Both the position numbers and the translations under genes were made by a program. Below, one piece after another: positions 8,764 to 17,201 of a DNA stretch of 64,000 nt. The DNA is from Candidatus Methylomirabilia bacterium (lineage in GTDB: Bacteria; Methylomirabilota; Methylomirabilia; Rokubacteriales; CSP1-6). Numbering within the stretch: position 1 is the first letter of the stretch; each line of letters starts with the position of its first letter. The stretch covers positions 1,647 through 65,646 of the forward strand of contig JBGQLG010000007.1 in assembly GCA_041499965.1 (NCBI GenBank), read 5' to 3'. Below the pieces are notes generated by a model. The model had not been told where the DNA came from. It did no database searches and worked only from the letters and a program-made list of their open reading frames with translations.

Positions 8764-9033
8764 TCAGGCCTTCTTGGGGTCCTTGCTGCCGCCCACGAGC
8801 TTCTCGCAGGCGCCGGCCGGCATGTAGAGCCAGGCGTCGTTCTGGTTGTCGCGCTTGGAGGTGCCCGCGCACGACGAGTTGGCGGTCTGGCAGTCGTTCT
8901 TGCCGGCCTTCGATACGCCGTAGCACTTCTCGGACTCGAACTTCGGCTTTGGGGCCGGGCCGGCCTGCGAGACGATCGGCATCGTGAGCGCGGCGGCCAC
9001 CGCGGAGGCGACGAGCAGCTGGGACGTCTTCAC
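8764..9033 (-). CDS. bufA: DUF2282 signal-peptide protein, bufferin-type RiPP precursor
   Basis: 89 aa. A Sec signal peptide ([24 protein letters not shown]) is followed by a 4-Cys core (EKCYG, NDCQT, SSCAG, GACEK). It neighbours DUF692, DUF2063 and DoxX genes. Confidence 0.8.
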   Translation of the reverse strand: MKTSQLLVASAVAAALTMPIVSQAGPAPKPKFESEKCYGVSKAGKNDCQTANSSCAGTSKRDNQNDAWLYMPAGACEKLVGGSKDPKKA

Positions 9034-9122
9034 GTGAGGTCTCCTTCCCGTACGGGCCCGGTGAGTGGAACCGATCCGCGGCGGAGCCCGTCGTCGCCGC
9101 GAGCCGGGGTGCTCTCCTGCTC

Positions 9123-9180
9123 AGACACGGGCCGGGGCGCCAGCGGTGCGAGCGAATCTCGCGGCGGCCGGCCCGTGTCT
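9123..9180 (+). promoter_or_regulatory. 13-bp perfect inverted repeat in the divergent bufA/bufB intergenic region
   Basis: AGACACGGGCCGG (9123-9135) and CCGGCCCGTGTCT (9168-9180) are separated by 32 nt. The spacer contains an inner hairpin GCGAG-CGAAT-CTCGC. The repeat ends 13 nt before the DUF692 ATG. Confidence 0.4.
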
Positions 9181-9192
9181 CACAGCACTGCA

Positions 9193-10062
9193 ATGGACTC
9201 GCGGGTGTCCGGGCCGGGACCGAGGGGAAGCGGCATCGGTCTGCGCTCTCCACATGTTGACGAGATCCTGAACACCCGGCCGGACGTGGGCTGGCTCGAG
9301 GTGCACGCCGAGAACTACATGGGCGGGGGTCCGGCCATCCGGGCGCTGGAGCACATCCGCCGGGAGTATCCGGTGTCGATCCACGGCGTCGGCCTGTCGC
9401 TGGGGAGCGCGGAGGGGCTCGACGGCCACCACCTCGAGCGCCTGGCCGGGCTCGTCGAACGCCTGCAGCCGGCGCTCGTCTCCGAGCACCTCGCTTGGAG
9501 TCTCACCGGCGGCGCCTACCTGAATCACCTGCTCCCGCTGCCGTACACCCCGGAGACCCTGGCCCTCGTGAGCCGGCACGTCGATCGGGTGCAGCAGCGA
9601 CTGGGCCGCCGGCTGCTGGTCGAGAACCCGGCGAGCTACCTTCGCTTCGCCGACTCGCCGATTCCCGAGGCGGAGTTCCTGAACACCCTCGCCCGCCGGA
9701 CCGGCTGCGGCCTGCTCTGCGACGTGAACAACGTCTACGTGAGCTGCCGGAATCTGGGGGGCAACGCGGCCGCGTACCTCGACGCCGTCGATCCGGCGGC
9801 CGTCGGCGAGATCCATCTGGCCGGCCACGCCAGCAACGACGCCGACGGCCACACGGTCCTGATCGACGACCACGGCTCGCGCGTGGCCGAGGCCGTGTGG
9901 AATCTCTACGGCCAGGCGCTCGCGCGCTTCGGGCCGGTGCCGACGCTCGTGGAATGGGACACCAACGTGCCGGCGCTGGTGGTGCTGCTCGAGGAGGCGG
10001 CCAGGGCGGGCGCGATGCTGGGCGCCGCGGAGCGCGAGGGCGGCGATGCCCACGCTGCGTGA
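9193..10062 (+). CDS. bufB: DUF692 / MNIO (MbnB-like multinuclear non-heme iron oxidase) family protein
   Basis: This is the real 3' part of track ORF 8323..10062. [29 protein letters not shown] and VSEHLAW are typical DUF692 TIM-barrel motifs. The exact start is uncertain because there is no good SD before ATG 9193. Confidence 0.85.
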   Translation: MDSRVSGPGPRGSGIGLRSPHVDEILNTRPDVGWLEVHAENYMGGGPAIRALEHIRREYPVSIHGVGLSLGSAEGLDGHHLERLAGLVERLQPALVSEHLAWSLTGGAYLNHLLPLPYTPETLALVSRHVDRVQQRLGRRLLVENPASYLRFADSPIPEAEFLNTLARRTGCGLLCDVNNVYVSCRNLGGNAAAYLDAVDPAAVGEIHLAGHASNDADGHTVLIDDHGSRVAEAVWNLYGQALARFGPVPTLVEWDTNVPALVVLLEEAARAGAMLGAAEREGGDAHAA

Positions 10063-10795
10063 GCTGCAGTCCGGCTTCCGCGCCGCGATGCTGGGCGGCG
10101 ACGCGGCGGCGGCGCAGGCCGCGGTGCAACCGGATGGCCTCGCCGTCGAGGCCCGCCTGGCGATCTATCGTCATCACGTCTTCACGAGCCTGAGCGCCGC
10201 GCTGGAATCGACCTTCCCGGTCGTCGTCCGGCTGGTCGATCCGCGCTTTTTCCGCTACGCCGCCGACCGATTCGTGCGCGCGCATCCGCCCGCCAGCCCG
10301 TGCCTGTCGGAGTACGGTGCCACCCTGCCCGACTTCCTCGCCCGCTTCGAGCCCACCCGACACCTGGCCTATCTGCCGGACGTGGCGCGCCTGGAGTGGG
10401 CCATGAACGTCGCCCTGCACGCGCTCGACGCGGAACCCGTGCCGCCCGAGGCGCTGCGCGATCCGGCGCCCCTCGCGCTGCACCCGTCCGTCACGCTGCT
10501 GCAGTCGCCCTGGCCGATCGACACGATCTGGCGCGCCAACCAGCCCGCCGCCGGCGACGACACGGTCGATCTCGACACCGGCGGCGTGCACCTGCAAGTC
10601 TGGCGCTCGACCGACGACGTCGTGTTCCGCCGGCTCTCCGCCGCCGCGTTCGCCTTCCACCGGGCGCTGGCCCAGACCAGCCGCCTCGACGCCGCCGCCC
10701 ACGCGGCCGTGTCCATCACCCCCGGCGCCGACCTCCCCTGCCTGATCCGCGACCTCCTCGCCGACCAGATCCTGGTCCATCGAGCCCCGCCGTAA
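10046..10795 (+). CDS. bufC: DUF2063 protein (MNIO partner, BufC-like)
   Basis: 249 aa. It overlaps the bufB end by 17 nt. [16 protein letters not shown]...LAIYRHHVF is the characteristic DUF2063 N-domain. Confidence 0.8.
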   Translation: MPTLRELQSGFRAAMLGGDAAAAQAAVQPDGLAVEARLAIYRHHVFTSLSAALESTFPVVVRLVDPRFFRYAADRFVRAHPPASPCLSEYGATLPDFLARFEPTRHLAYLPDVARLEWAMNVALHALDAEPVPPEALRDPAPLALHPSVTLLQSPWPIDTIWRANQPAAGDDTVDLDTGGVHLQVWRSTDDVVFRRLSAAAFAFHRALAQTSRLDAAAHAAVSITPGADLPCLIRDLLADQILVHRAPP

Positions 10796-10816
10796 CACGG
10801 TGCTAAACTGCCGCCC

Positions 10817-11302
10817 ATGAACGATCTGACCCCGCTCGCCTCGTCCCTGGCGGCCGTGTTGAAGGAGCGGAAAGAAACGCTGGCCGTCGCCGAGTCCTCG
10901 GCCGGCGGCCTGATCTCGGCGGCGCTGCTCGCCGTGCCCGGCGCCTCGGCGTACTTCCTCGGCGGCGCCGTCGTCTACACGCAGGCGGCGCGACGCGCAC
11001 TCCTGCGCGTGCCTGACGAATCGCTGGCCGGCATCCGCTCCAGCACCGAGGCCTACGCGGCGATCAAGGCCAGGACGATTCGCGAGCTGCTCGGCGCCAC
11101 CTGGGGCCTGGCCGAGACCGGCGCTACCGGGCCGACCGGCAACCGTTACGGCGACGCGGCGGGCCACGCTTGCATCGCCATCGCCGGCCCGATCGAGCGC
11201 ACGCTGACGATCGAGACGCGCAGCGGCGATCGCGAGGCGAACATGTGGGCGTTCGCGAAGGCGGCGCTCGACCTGCTGCAGACGTCGCTGCGGCGGGCGT
11301 AG
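10817..11302 (+). CDS. CinA C-terminal domain / nicotinamide-nucleotide amidohydrolase (PncC-like)
   Basis: 161 aa. LAVAESSAGGLISAAL and GATGPTG...GHACIAIAG match the CinA_C family. Confidence 0.75.
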   Translation: MNDLTPLASSLAAVLKERKETLAVAESSAGGLISAALLAVPGASAYFLGGAVVYTQAARRALLRVPDESLAGIRSSTEAYAAIKARTIRELLGATWGLAETGATGPTGNRYGDAAGHACIAIAGPIERTLTIETRSGDREANMWAFAKAALDLLQTSLRRA

Positions 11303-11307
11303 AGGAC

Positions 11308-11622
11308 ATGACCGCGCCCGATCCCGAGCGCGTCGTCGTCGTCGTTCCGCGCAAGGAGACGCGCCTGCACGAATACCTGAGCCGGTCGCTGGCCTCGATC
11401 AAGAACGTCGAGGTCGTGCTCGATCGCCGGGCGACCGCGGTGACGCCACCGGACGAGCGCCGCCGGCGGCCGTCGAAGGACTCGGAGCGCAGGATCCTGA
11501 TCTGCTCGCTGGTGCGCTGTCCGGCCGCTCCCCCCGTGATCCCGCCGGCGCAGACCCCCGCCGGAGCCGCCGAGCACCGCCGGACCCTGCTCTGGCCAGG
11601 CCTGCGCATCGAGCATCTCTGA
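11308..11622 (+). CDS. hypothetical small Arg-rich protein
   Basis: ATG at 11308 in the frame of track ORF 11170..11622. GC3-rich codons. MTAPDPERVVVVVPRKETRLHEYLSRSL...VEVVLDRR...ERRRR. No family assigned. Confidence 0.4.
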   Translation: MTAPDPERVVVVVPRKETRLHEYLSRSLASIKNVEVVLDRRATAVTPPDERRRRPSKDSERRILICSLVRCPAAPPVIPPAQTPAGAAEHRRTLLWPGLRIEHL

Positions 11623-11693
11623 GGGCGGCGACGTCCTGACCACCCGCGTGCCATCCTCGGCCGCCCGTGGTCGTGAATTCAATACGTTGGCGG

Positions 11694-11709
11694 TGGCATC
11701 GCTCTTGCG
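11694..11709 (+). promoter_or_regulatory. possible sigma54 (-24/-12) promoter
   Basis: TGGCAT-CGCTC-TTGCG has exact GG/GC spacing. It lies only about 17 nt before the response-regulator ATG, so the leader would be very short. Confidence 0.3.
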
Positions 11710-11725
11710 GATCTTCCAGCCCCTG

Positions 11726-12109
11726 ATGACGCCGAACAGATCCGCCCGATTGCTCGTGATCGACGACGAGGCCGTGCTACGCGGCCTGCTGCGCGAGATG
11801 CTCGCCGTGTGCGGCTACGAGGCCGACGTGGCCGAGAACGGCGCGGCCGGGGTGGCACGCTTCCAGGAGGGCCGCTACAGCGCGGTGATCACCGACTTCC
11901 TGATGCCAGGCATGAACGGCTTCGAGGTCGTGACCGCGCTGCGAACCCTGGATCCGACCATCAAGGTGATCCTGTTGACCGGCTCGGCGCCGGACCTGAC
12001 GGTGACACGGGCTCGGGAGATGGGTCTCACCCTGCTCCACAAGCCCGTCGCCCTCGTCGAGCTGAAGGCCGCGGTCGACGCGGCCTGCAAGGCCTCGCGC
12101 CCCGTCTAG
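11726..12109 (+). CDS. single-domain response regulator (REC only)
   Basis: ATG at 11726 within track ORF 11648..12109. LLVIDDE...VITDFLMPGMNG...LLTGS...HKP are the REC acidic pocket, T and K residues. Confidence 0.8.
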   Translation: MTPNRSARLLVIDDEAVLRGLLREMLAVCGYEADVAENGAAGVARFQEGRYSAVITDFLMPGMNGFEVVTALRTLDPTIKVILLTGSAPDLTVTRAREMGLTLLHKPVALVELKAAVDAACKASRPV

Positions 12110-12567
12110 GCGGCCTCGGAGGTCCGGCGGCGGAAGGCCTCGAACCGCTCGGCCATCTGCTCACCCAGCGCCTGCATCTCGTCCTTGCCGAGCTTCTGGG
12201 CGGTCTTGAACATCTCCTGCTCCTCCTCCTCGACGTGGTGCTCGATGAGCTCCGAGAGCACGGTCATCTTGGCCTCGAAGCGCTCGTCGTCGGGGTTCAT
12301 CCGCGGCAGCTCCGCGAGCACCAGCTTGACGACGTGGTGCTCCTCGTACGCCTCCAGGATCATCGCCTCGACCTTGTGGGTCTCGAGCCCACGCACGGCT
12401 GGGTAGAAGATCTCCTCCTCGATCAGGGTGTGCCCCTCGAGGCGACGGGAGATCTCGTCGAGCAGCTGACGCCGCTGGCGGGCGTTGTCAGTGCGCTCCA
12501 CCTTCTTGAACAGGGCCTTCACGTCCTTGTGCTGCTTCTTCAGCAGGTCGGTTGCCTTCATTCTCAC
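12106..12567 (-). CDS. hemerythrin domain-containing protein
   Basis: 153 aa. KKQHKDV...EEEIFYP...EEHHVV...IEHHVEEEE are the His/Glu diiron ligand pattern of hemerythrin-like proteins. Confidence 0.8.
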   Translation of the reverse strand: MRMKATDLLKKQHKDVKALFKKVERTDNARQRRQLLDEISRRLEGHTLIEEEIFYPAVRGLETHKVEAMILEAYEEHHVVKLVLAELPRMNPDDERFEAKMTVLSELIEHHVEEEEQEMFKTAQKLGKDEMQALGEQMAERFEAFRRRTSEAA

Positions 12568-12654
12568 GCACCTCCGGTCTCGGTCAGCGCAAGGTCGATG
12601 CCCGTGAGTTCCGGAGCGGTGAGACGACGCGTGGCGGGCGAGGGGGGCGGGCTC

Positions 12655-12691
12655 AAAAAAACTGGGGCCGCCGTCCTTCGACGGCGGCCCC
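12655..12691 (-). terminator. Rho-independent terminator of the pilin gene
   Basis: On the minus strand a perfect 12-bp stem, GGGGCCGCCGTC-GAAG-GACGGCGGCCCC, is followed by TTTTTTT. It begins 20 nt after the pilA stop. Confidence 0.75.
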
Positions 12692-12710
12692 AGCGGTCAT
12701 GCTGAGCGTA

Positions 12711-13191
12711 CTAGGGGCAGGTGGTGCCGGCGGCCGAGTTCGCGCCCGTGGCGTCACCGGTACCGCAGATCAAGAACGTGCCCACTGCCGTGCTGACGTA
12801 CTTGTACGTGGTGCCCGAGCCCACCCAGCCGGCCGGCAGCGTGGGCTGGCTGTTCAGGAACGGACCGCCGACCTGGTTCTGAGCGTTGGTCTGCTGCGTG
12901 AGCAGCACCGCCGGCAGCGCGCCGGACTGCGCCGCCGTGGACGACGGGCAGGTCGAGGCGGCGGACGTCTGGTCCGGCAGCCCACCGCAGTGCGCCGAGT
13001 AGATGCTCACGGCCGAGGCCACGGCCCGCGTGTCGGCCTGCGCCTTGGCGATGCGCGCCCGCGCCTGCACGTTGGCGTACAGCGGCACGGCGATCGCGGC
13101 CAGGATGCCGATGATGGCAACGACGATGAGGAGCTCGATCAGCGTGAAACCGCGCTGACCGCCCATCCGCTTCTGCATAAGTCGAAACATT
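12711..13191 (-). CDS. pilA: type IV major pilin
   Basis: ATG at 13191 with GGGGGAAGAG upstream. The prepilin leader and class III signal read MFRLMQKRMGGQRG|FTLIELLIVVAIIGILAAIAVP. The C-terminus has a Cys pair. It is the real part of track ORF 12711..13364. Confidence 0.85.
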
Positions 13192-13243
13192 GTTCTCTTC
13201 CCCCTGAAGTTTGAGACTGGCTTTGCTATCTGGCCGGGGTAAA

Positions 13244-13259
13244 AGCATGGGGGATGCCA
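13244..13259 (-). promoter_or_regulatory. sigma54-type promoter upstream of pilA
   Basis: The minus strand reads TGGCAT-CCCCC-ATGCT with canonical GG-N10-GC spacing, about 53 nt upstream of the pilA ATG. pilA is sigma54-dependent in Pseudomonas and Myxococcus. Confidence 0.5.
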
Positions 13260-13425
13260 AAGCCCACGAAAACGGCGCAAGGTGCCATCCGGCGGGTACT
13301 TGCAAGGGATTCCGCCCGGTGCGAGCCCCCACCGGAACGGGCCAAAACAGCCGCTTTTCGGCAACGATGCTGACGAAGATTGTCAGTGCCACCGGCGACA
13401 CCTTCATCACCGACGGCGGCTAGCG

Positions 13426-14220
13426 TTAGCGCCCGCGGAACACGGGCTCGCGCTTGTCGACGAAGGCCTTCGCGGCCTCGCGATGGTCGTCGGTGAAGCC
13501 GGTGCGCGTGTGGTGCCAGGCCTCGAGGTCGAGACAGTCCTTCAGCGAGCCGGTCTCGGCCGCGTTCATGTTGCGCTTCATGTAGCGCAGGGCCACGCGG
13601 GGGCCGCGGGCCAGGCGCGCGGCCAGGGCCTGCGTCTCCTCCTCGAGCTGCGCGTCCGGCACGAGGCGATTGACGATCCCCAGGGCGAGTGCCTCGGCGG
13701 CGTCGACGATGCGCGCGGTGTAGTACAGCTCGCGCGCCCGGGCGGTGCCGACGAGCTGGGTGAGGAACCAGCTCCCGCCGAAGTCGCCGGAATAGCCCAC
13801 GCGGGCGAAGGCGGTGGCAAAGCGCGCCGAGTCGGCGGCGATCCGCAGATCGCAGGCCAGGGCCAGCGAGAGCCCGGCGCCGGCCGCGGCGCCGCGCACC
13901 ATGGCGATCGTCGGCTTCGGCATCTCGTGCAGCCAGCGCGAGACTTCCATGCGCGAGCGCAGGGCCTGCGCCTTCTCCTCCAGGGTGGTGCCGCCGAATT
14001 CGCGTCCCTCGGCCATCGCCTTCACGTCGCCGCCCGCGCAGAAACCGCGGCCGCTGCCGGTCAGGATCACGACGCCGACCTCACCGTCCTCGGCCAGTCG
14101 CGGCAACGCCTCCAGCAGGGCGTCGAGCATCGCCCCCGACATCGCGTTGAGACGGTCGGGCCGGTTGAGCGTGAGCGTGGCGACGCCGTCCTGGATCGAC
14201 TCGAGCAGCTCCTGCGCCAT
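13426..14220 (-). CDS. enoyl-CoA hydratase/isomerase (crotonase) family protein
   Basis: ATG at 14220 with GGAGGAA upstream. LTLNRPDRLNA...GRGFCAGGDVK...ARFATAFARVG are crotonase-fold motifs. Confidence 0.85.
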   Translation of the reverse strand: MAQELLESIQDGVATLTLNRPDRLNAMSGAMLDALLEALPRLAEDGEVGVVILTGSGRGFCAGGDVKAMAEGREFGGTTLEEKAQALRSRMEVSRWLHEMPKPTIAMVRGAAAGAGLSLALACDLRIAADSARFATAFARVGYSGDFGGSWFLTQLVGTARARELYYTARIVDAAEALALGIVNRLVPDAQLEEETQALAARLARGPRVALRYMKRNMNAAETGSLKDCLDLEAWHHTRTGFTDDHREAAKAFVDKREPVFRGR

Positions 14221-14296
14221 GGCGTTCCTCCGAAGCCGGTGCGGAAATGGGCGCTTATGATACTCCTGAAGCCATGCCGAGACGGAGGGCCCGACC

Positions 14297-14959
14297 GTGA
14301 GCTTCACCGCCGAGCTGTGGACGGCCATGACGCCGGTCTACGACGCGATCCTGCGCCACCCATTCGTGGCGGGTCTCACCGACGGCTCGCTGCCGCGCGA
14401 CTGCTTCCGGTTCTACGCCGTGCAAGACGCCCTCTACCTGCGCGAGTTCGCCCGCGCCCTGTCGCTGGCCGCCGCCCGGGCGCCCGAGGACGACTGGATC
14501 GTCATGTTCAACGAGCACGCTGCCGGCGCGCTCCGGGTCGAGCGCGCGTTGCACGAGGGCTTCTTCAAGGCGTTCGGCCTCTCGCCGTCCGAGGTCGCCG
14601 CCACGCCGCTGGCGCCGACGAATCTTGCCTACACCAGCTACCTGCTGGCGGTGGCCTACGGCGCGCCGTACCACGAGGCGCTGGCCGCGTTGCTGCCCTG
14701 CTACTGGATTTACTGGGAGGTCGGCAAGCGGCTCGAGCTCGCCGGCTCGACCGATCCGCTCTACGCGCGGTGGATCGCCACGTACGCCGCGGACGAGTTC
14801 GGCGACGTGGTGCGTGCCGTCCTGGCCGCCACCGACGTGATCGCCGAACGGCTCCGGCCCGCCGAGCGCGAGGCCATGCGCCGGCACGTGCTCGTCACCG
14901 CCCGCTACGAGTGGATGTTCTGGGACATGGGGTGGCGTCGGGAGCCGTGGCCGCTGTAG
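14297..14959 (+). CDS. tenA: thiaminase II / aminopyrimidine aminohydrolase (TenA family)
   Basis: 220 aa with a GTG start. HPFVAGLTDGSLPRDCFRFYAVQDALYL and LLPCYWIYWEVG are typical TenA motifs. Confidence 0.85.
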   Translation: MSFTAELWTAMTPVYDAILRHPFVAGLTDGSLPRDCFRFYAVQDALYLREFARALSLAAARAPEDDWIVMFNEHAAGALRVERALHEGFFKAFGLSPSEVAATPLAPTNLAYTSYLLAVAYGAPYHEALAALLPCYWIYWEVGKRLELAGSTDPLYARWIATYAADEFGDVVRAVLAATDVIAERLRPAEREAMRRHVLVTARYEWMFWDMGWRREPWPL

Positions 14960-15081
14960 TGGCGCGCGGCCGACTGATTGGCACGACCTCCTGTCACGAC
15001 CCGGGAAAAGCTGACAGCCACTGGTAACCGGCCAGCCCCCCAACTAGCTGATTTATCGAGGTCACACCCCGTCCACAGGTC

Positions 15082-15097
15082 TGGCACTGGCCTTGCC
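15082..15097 (+). promoter_or_regulatory. sigma54-type promoter
   Basis: TGGCAC-TGGCC-TTGCC matches the TGGCAC-N5-TTGC consensus. It lies about 42 nt upstream of ATG 15139. Confidence 0.55.
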
Positions 15098-15138
15098 ATA
15101 GGCTAGCGTCCGCCAGGAACTTGAACCGGGAGGAGCCT

Positions 15139-15585
15139 ATGCGTTACGCCATCAGCCAATCGGGGCTGCGCCCGCACCAGTGGTTGATCCTGTTCGGCGC
15201 GCTGCTGTACGGCATCATCTACCTGGGTGTGTTGGAACCGCGCGGCATCGCCGCCTGGTTCGCGAACCAGCCCGAGGTCTCACGCGCGTTCAGCGACCCG
15301 AACTTCGGGCGCGCCGACGCACTGATCCTGCTCTTCTCCACGCTGTTCCTGGGACCGCTCGCCATGCTGCTCGGCGTGCTGGCCCTGATCTTCGTCCTCG
15401 CGATCTTCGGCGGCTTCCTGCTCCCCATCGTCCGGTGGTTCCGCATGCCCGACTGGGTGGCGACGGTGGCGGTGATGGCCGGCGTGGCGACCCTGGCGTG
15501 GGTGGAGACCGAGATGTGGCTGCCGCGCTCCCTCTGGTTCCTCGGTCTGCTGGCGCGAGCCTGCCGGATCGTCGTCAGCGTCTGA
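15139..15585 (+). CDS. hypothetical integral membrane protein
   Basis: ATG at 15139 preceded by GGGAGGAG. About four predicted TM helices (LILFGALLYGIIYLGV, LILLFSTLFLGPLAMLLGVLALIFVLAIFGGFLL, and others). Confidence 0.55.
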   Translation: MRYAISQSGLRPHQWLILFGALLYGIIYLGVLEPRGIAAWFANQPEVSRAFSDPNFGRADALILLFSTLFLGPLAMLLGVLALIFVLAIFGGFLLPIVRWFRMPDWVATVAVMAGVATLAWVETEMWLPRSLWFLGLLARACRIVVSV

Positions 15586-17143
15586 CGGACCGCCGCTCCC
15601 GCTCGAACCCCGGCAGGATGGCCTTGATGAAGGCGTTGCGCACGAGGCCGACGACCGTCTCCCACGTCTCGGCCTTCGGCTTGTCGAGCGGTCCCGCGAT
15701 CAGCGTCACCGTGGCCACCTCCGCGCGGGGCCGATTGCGCAACACCGTGCCGATGACGTCGACCGCGCGCTCCTTCAGCCGCTGACCGAGTGACTTGTCC
15801 TCGTCCTGCGCCGCGTCGTAGACGTCGAGGTCGCGGAACAGGGGCTTGACGTAGCCGTCGACCCGCCCGTTCTTCACGTGGAGCTCCGAGAACACCGAGA
15901 ACACGCCGGACACCACGTCGAACTTCGCGTGCGCGCGCAGCAGATCATTCATTGCCTTCATGTCGGTGTTCTCGATGCGGACGCTCAGGTCGAAGTCCGG
16001 CCCTTGCTGCTCCGGCCGGAACGTGGCGCTCACCGCGGTGACGCCGCTGCCCATGAAGCGGCCGCGTAGCCGGGCGGTGGCCGTTCCCTCGGTCCGCTGG
16101 TTGCTGAAATTCTCGACGAGGAGATCGGCGGCGGCGAGGAACACGCGGTAGCCCGGCTGAGCCTCCTCGTTGACAAAGCCTACCGTGGCGCCGCTGGCGC
16201 CGATCCGCCGCGCCTTGAGCAGCACGCCGGGCTTGTTGGCCACCTCGGCGGCGGCCGCCACCGTGGTCCGGGCCGCCTCCTTCACCGGCTGAACGGTGCG
16301 CTTGCGGTGCGCATAGTCGGCCTTGAGCCCGTCCACCCGCACCTCCTCGAGGTCGACGATCTTGACCTCGGGGGCGTACTCGACGTCGCCGTGGCCGCCG
16401 AAGGTGCCGGCGGCCAGCGTGACACCGTAGCGGGCCACGATCGGCCGGAAAAAATCGAGGGCGACGCGCTGCAGCGCGATGTGACCCTTGACCCCCGCGT
16501 ACGGCACGCGCAGGAAGTCGGCTCCGCCGTCGATCTGCAGCCGGCCGTCGTCGAAGACGACCGCCTCCAGGCGCACGGGGGAGGGGTACACGTCGGGCGC
16601 CGAGCGCACGTTACGGATGTCGTTCAGCACCGCCTCGATGTTTCGCACCACCAGTGGGCGGGCCTGGCCGGTGTCGACGTAGGTCAGCGAGCCGTTGCGA
16701 ATGACGAACTCGTTGATCTTGAGGGGATAGACGGCCTGGAGCGCCTCCTGCCAGCCGTGTTCCTTCACCGGGGTGGGGTCCTCGAGCTCGCGGGCCAGGT
16801 GGGTCCGGTCCACGTACACCCGGGGCTCGACGAGCTCGACGTCGGCCACCACGCGACGGTGGGCGAGTGCGCTCCACTGCACGCTGGCCGACAGGCGCCG
16901 CGCGACCAGGACGGGCGGATCGGGATGCGCGTCCTGGCGCAGCACCACGTCGCGCAGATCGATGCCAAAGCCGATCGGGTGGAAGTCGAGCCCTCCGATC
17001 CGCGCGGTGTAGCCCTTCATGCGCGCGTTCATCTCGCCCTCGATCGTGCGACGCAGCGGCTCGTCGATCAGGAACGAGACGGCGACGGCGAGAACGAGGA
17101 ACACCGCGAGGGCGACGACGGCCCATGTCCAGCGGGTGCGCAC
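15575..17143 (-). CDS. DUF748 domain-containing (AsmA-like) membrane-anchored protein
   Basis: 522 aa with an N-terminal TM anchor (WAVVALAVFLVLAVAVSFLI). The long beta-rich body is repetitive, as in DUF748/AsmA-like proteins. The family assignment is from recall. Confidence 0.65.
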   Translation of the reverse strand: MRTRWTWAVVALAVFLVLAVAVSFLIDEPLRRTIEGEMNARMKGYTARIGGLDFHPIGFGIDLRDVVLRQDAHPDPPVLVARRLSASVQWSALAHRRVVADVELVEPRVYVDRTHLARELEDPTPVKEHGWQEALQAVYPLKINEFVIRNGSLTYVDTGQARPLVVRNIEAVLNDIRNVRSAPDVYPSPVRLEAVVFDDGRLQIDGGADFLRVPYAGVKGHIALQRVALDFFRPIVARYGVTLAAGTFGGHGDVEYAPEVKIVDLEEVRVDGLKADYAHRKRTVQPVKEAARTTVAAAAEVANKPGVLLKARRIGASGATVGFVNEEAQPGYRVFLAAADLLVENFSNQRTEGTATARLRGRFMGSGVTAVSATFRPEQQGPDFDLSVRIENTDMKAMNDLLRAHAKFDVVSGVFSVFSELHVKNGRVDGYVKPLFRDLDVYDAAQDEDKSLGQRLKERAVDVIGTVLRNRPRAEVATVTLIAGPLDKPKAETWETVVGLVRNAFIKAILPGFERERRSVRR

Positions 17144-17201
17144 ATCATCCTCCGGTGAACGACCGGAGCAAGGCCGGTGCCAGCGATGAGACGTCGACGG
17201 C

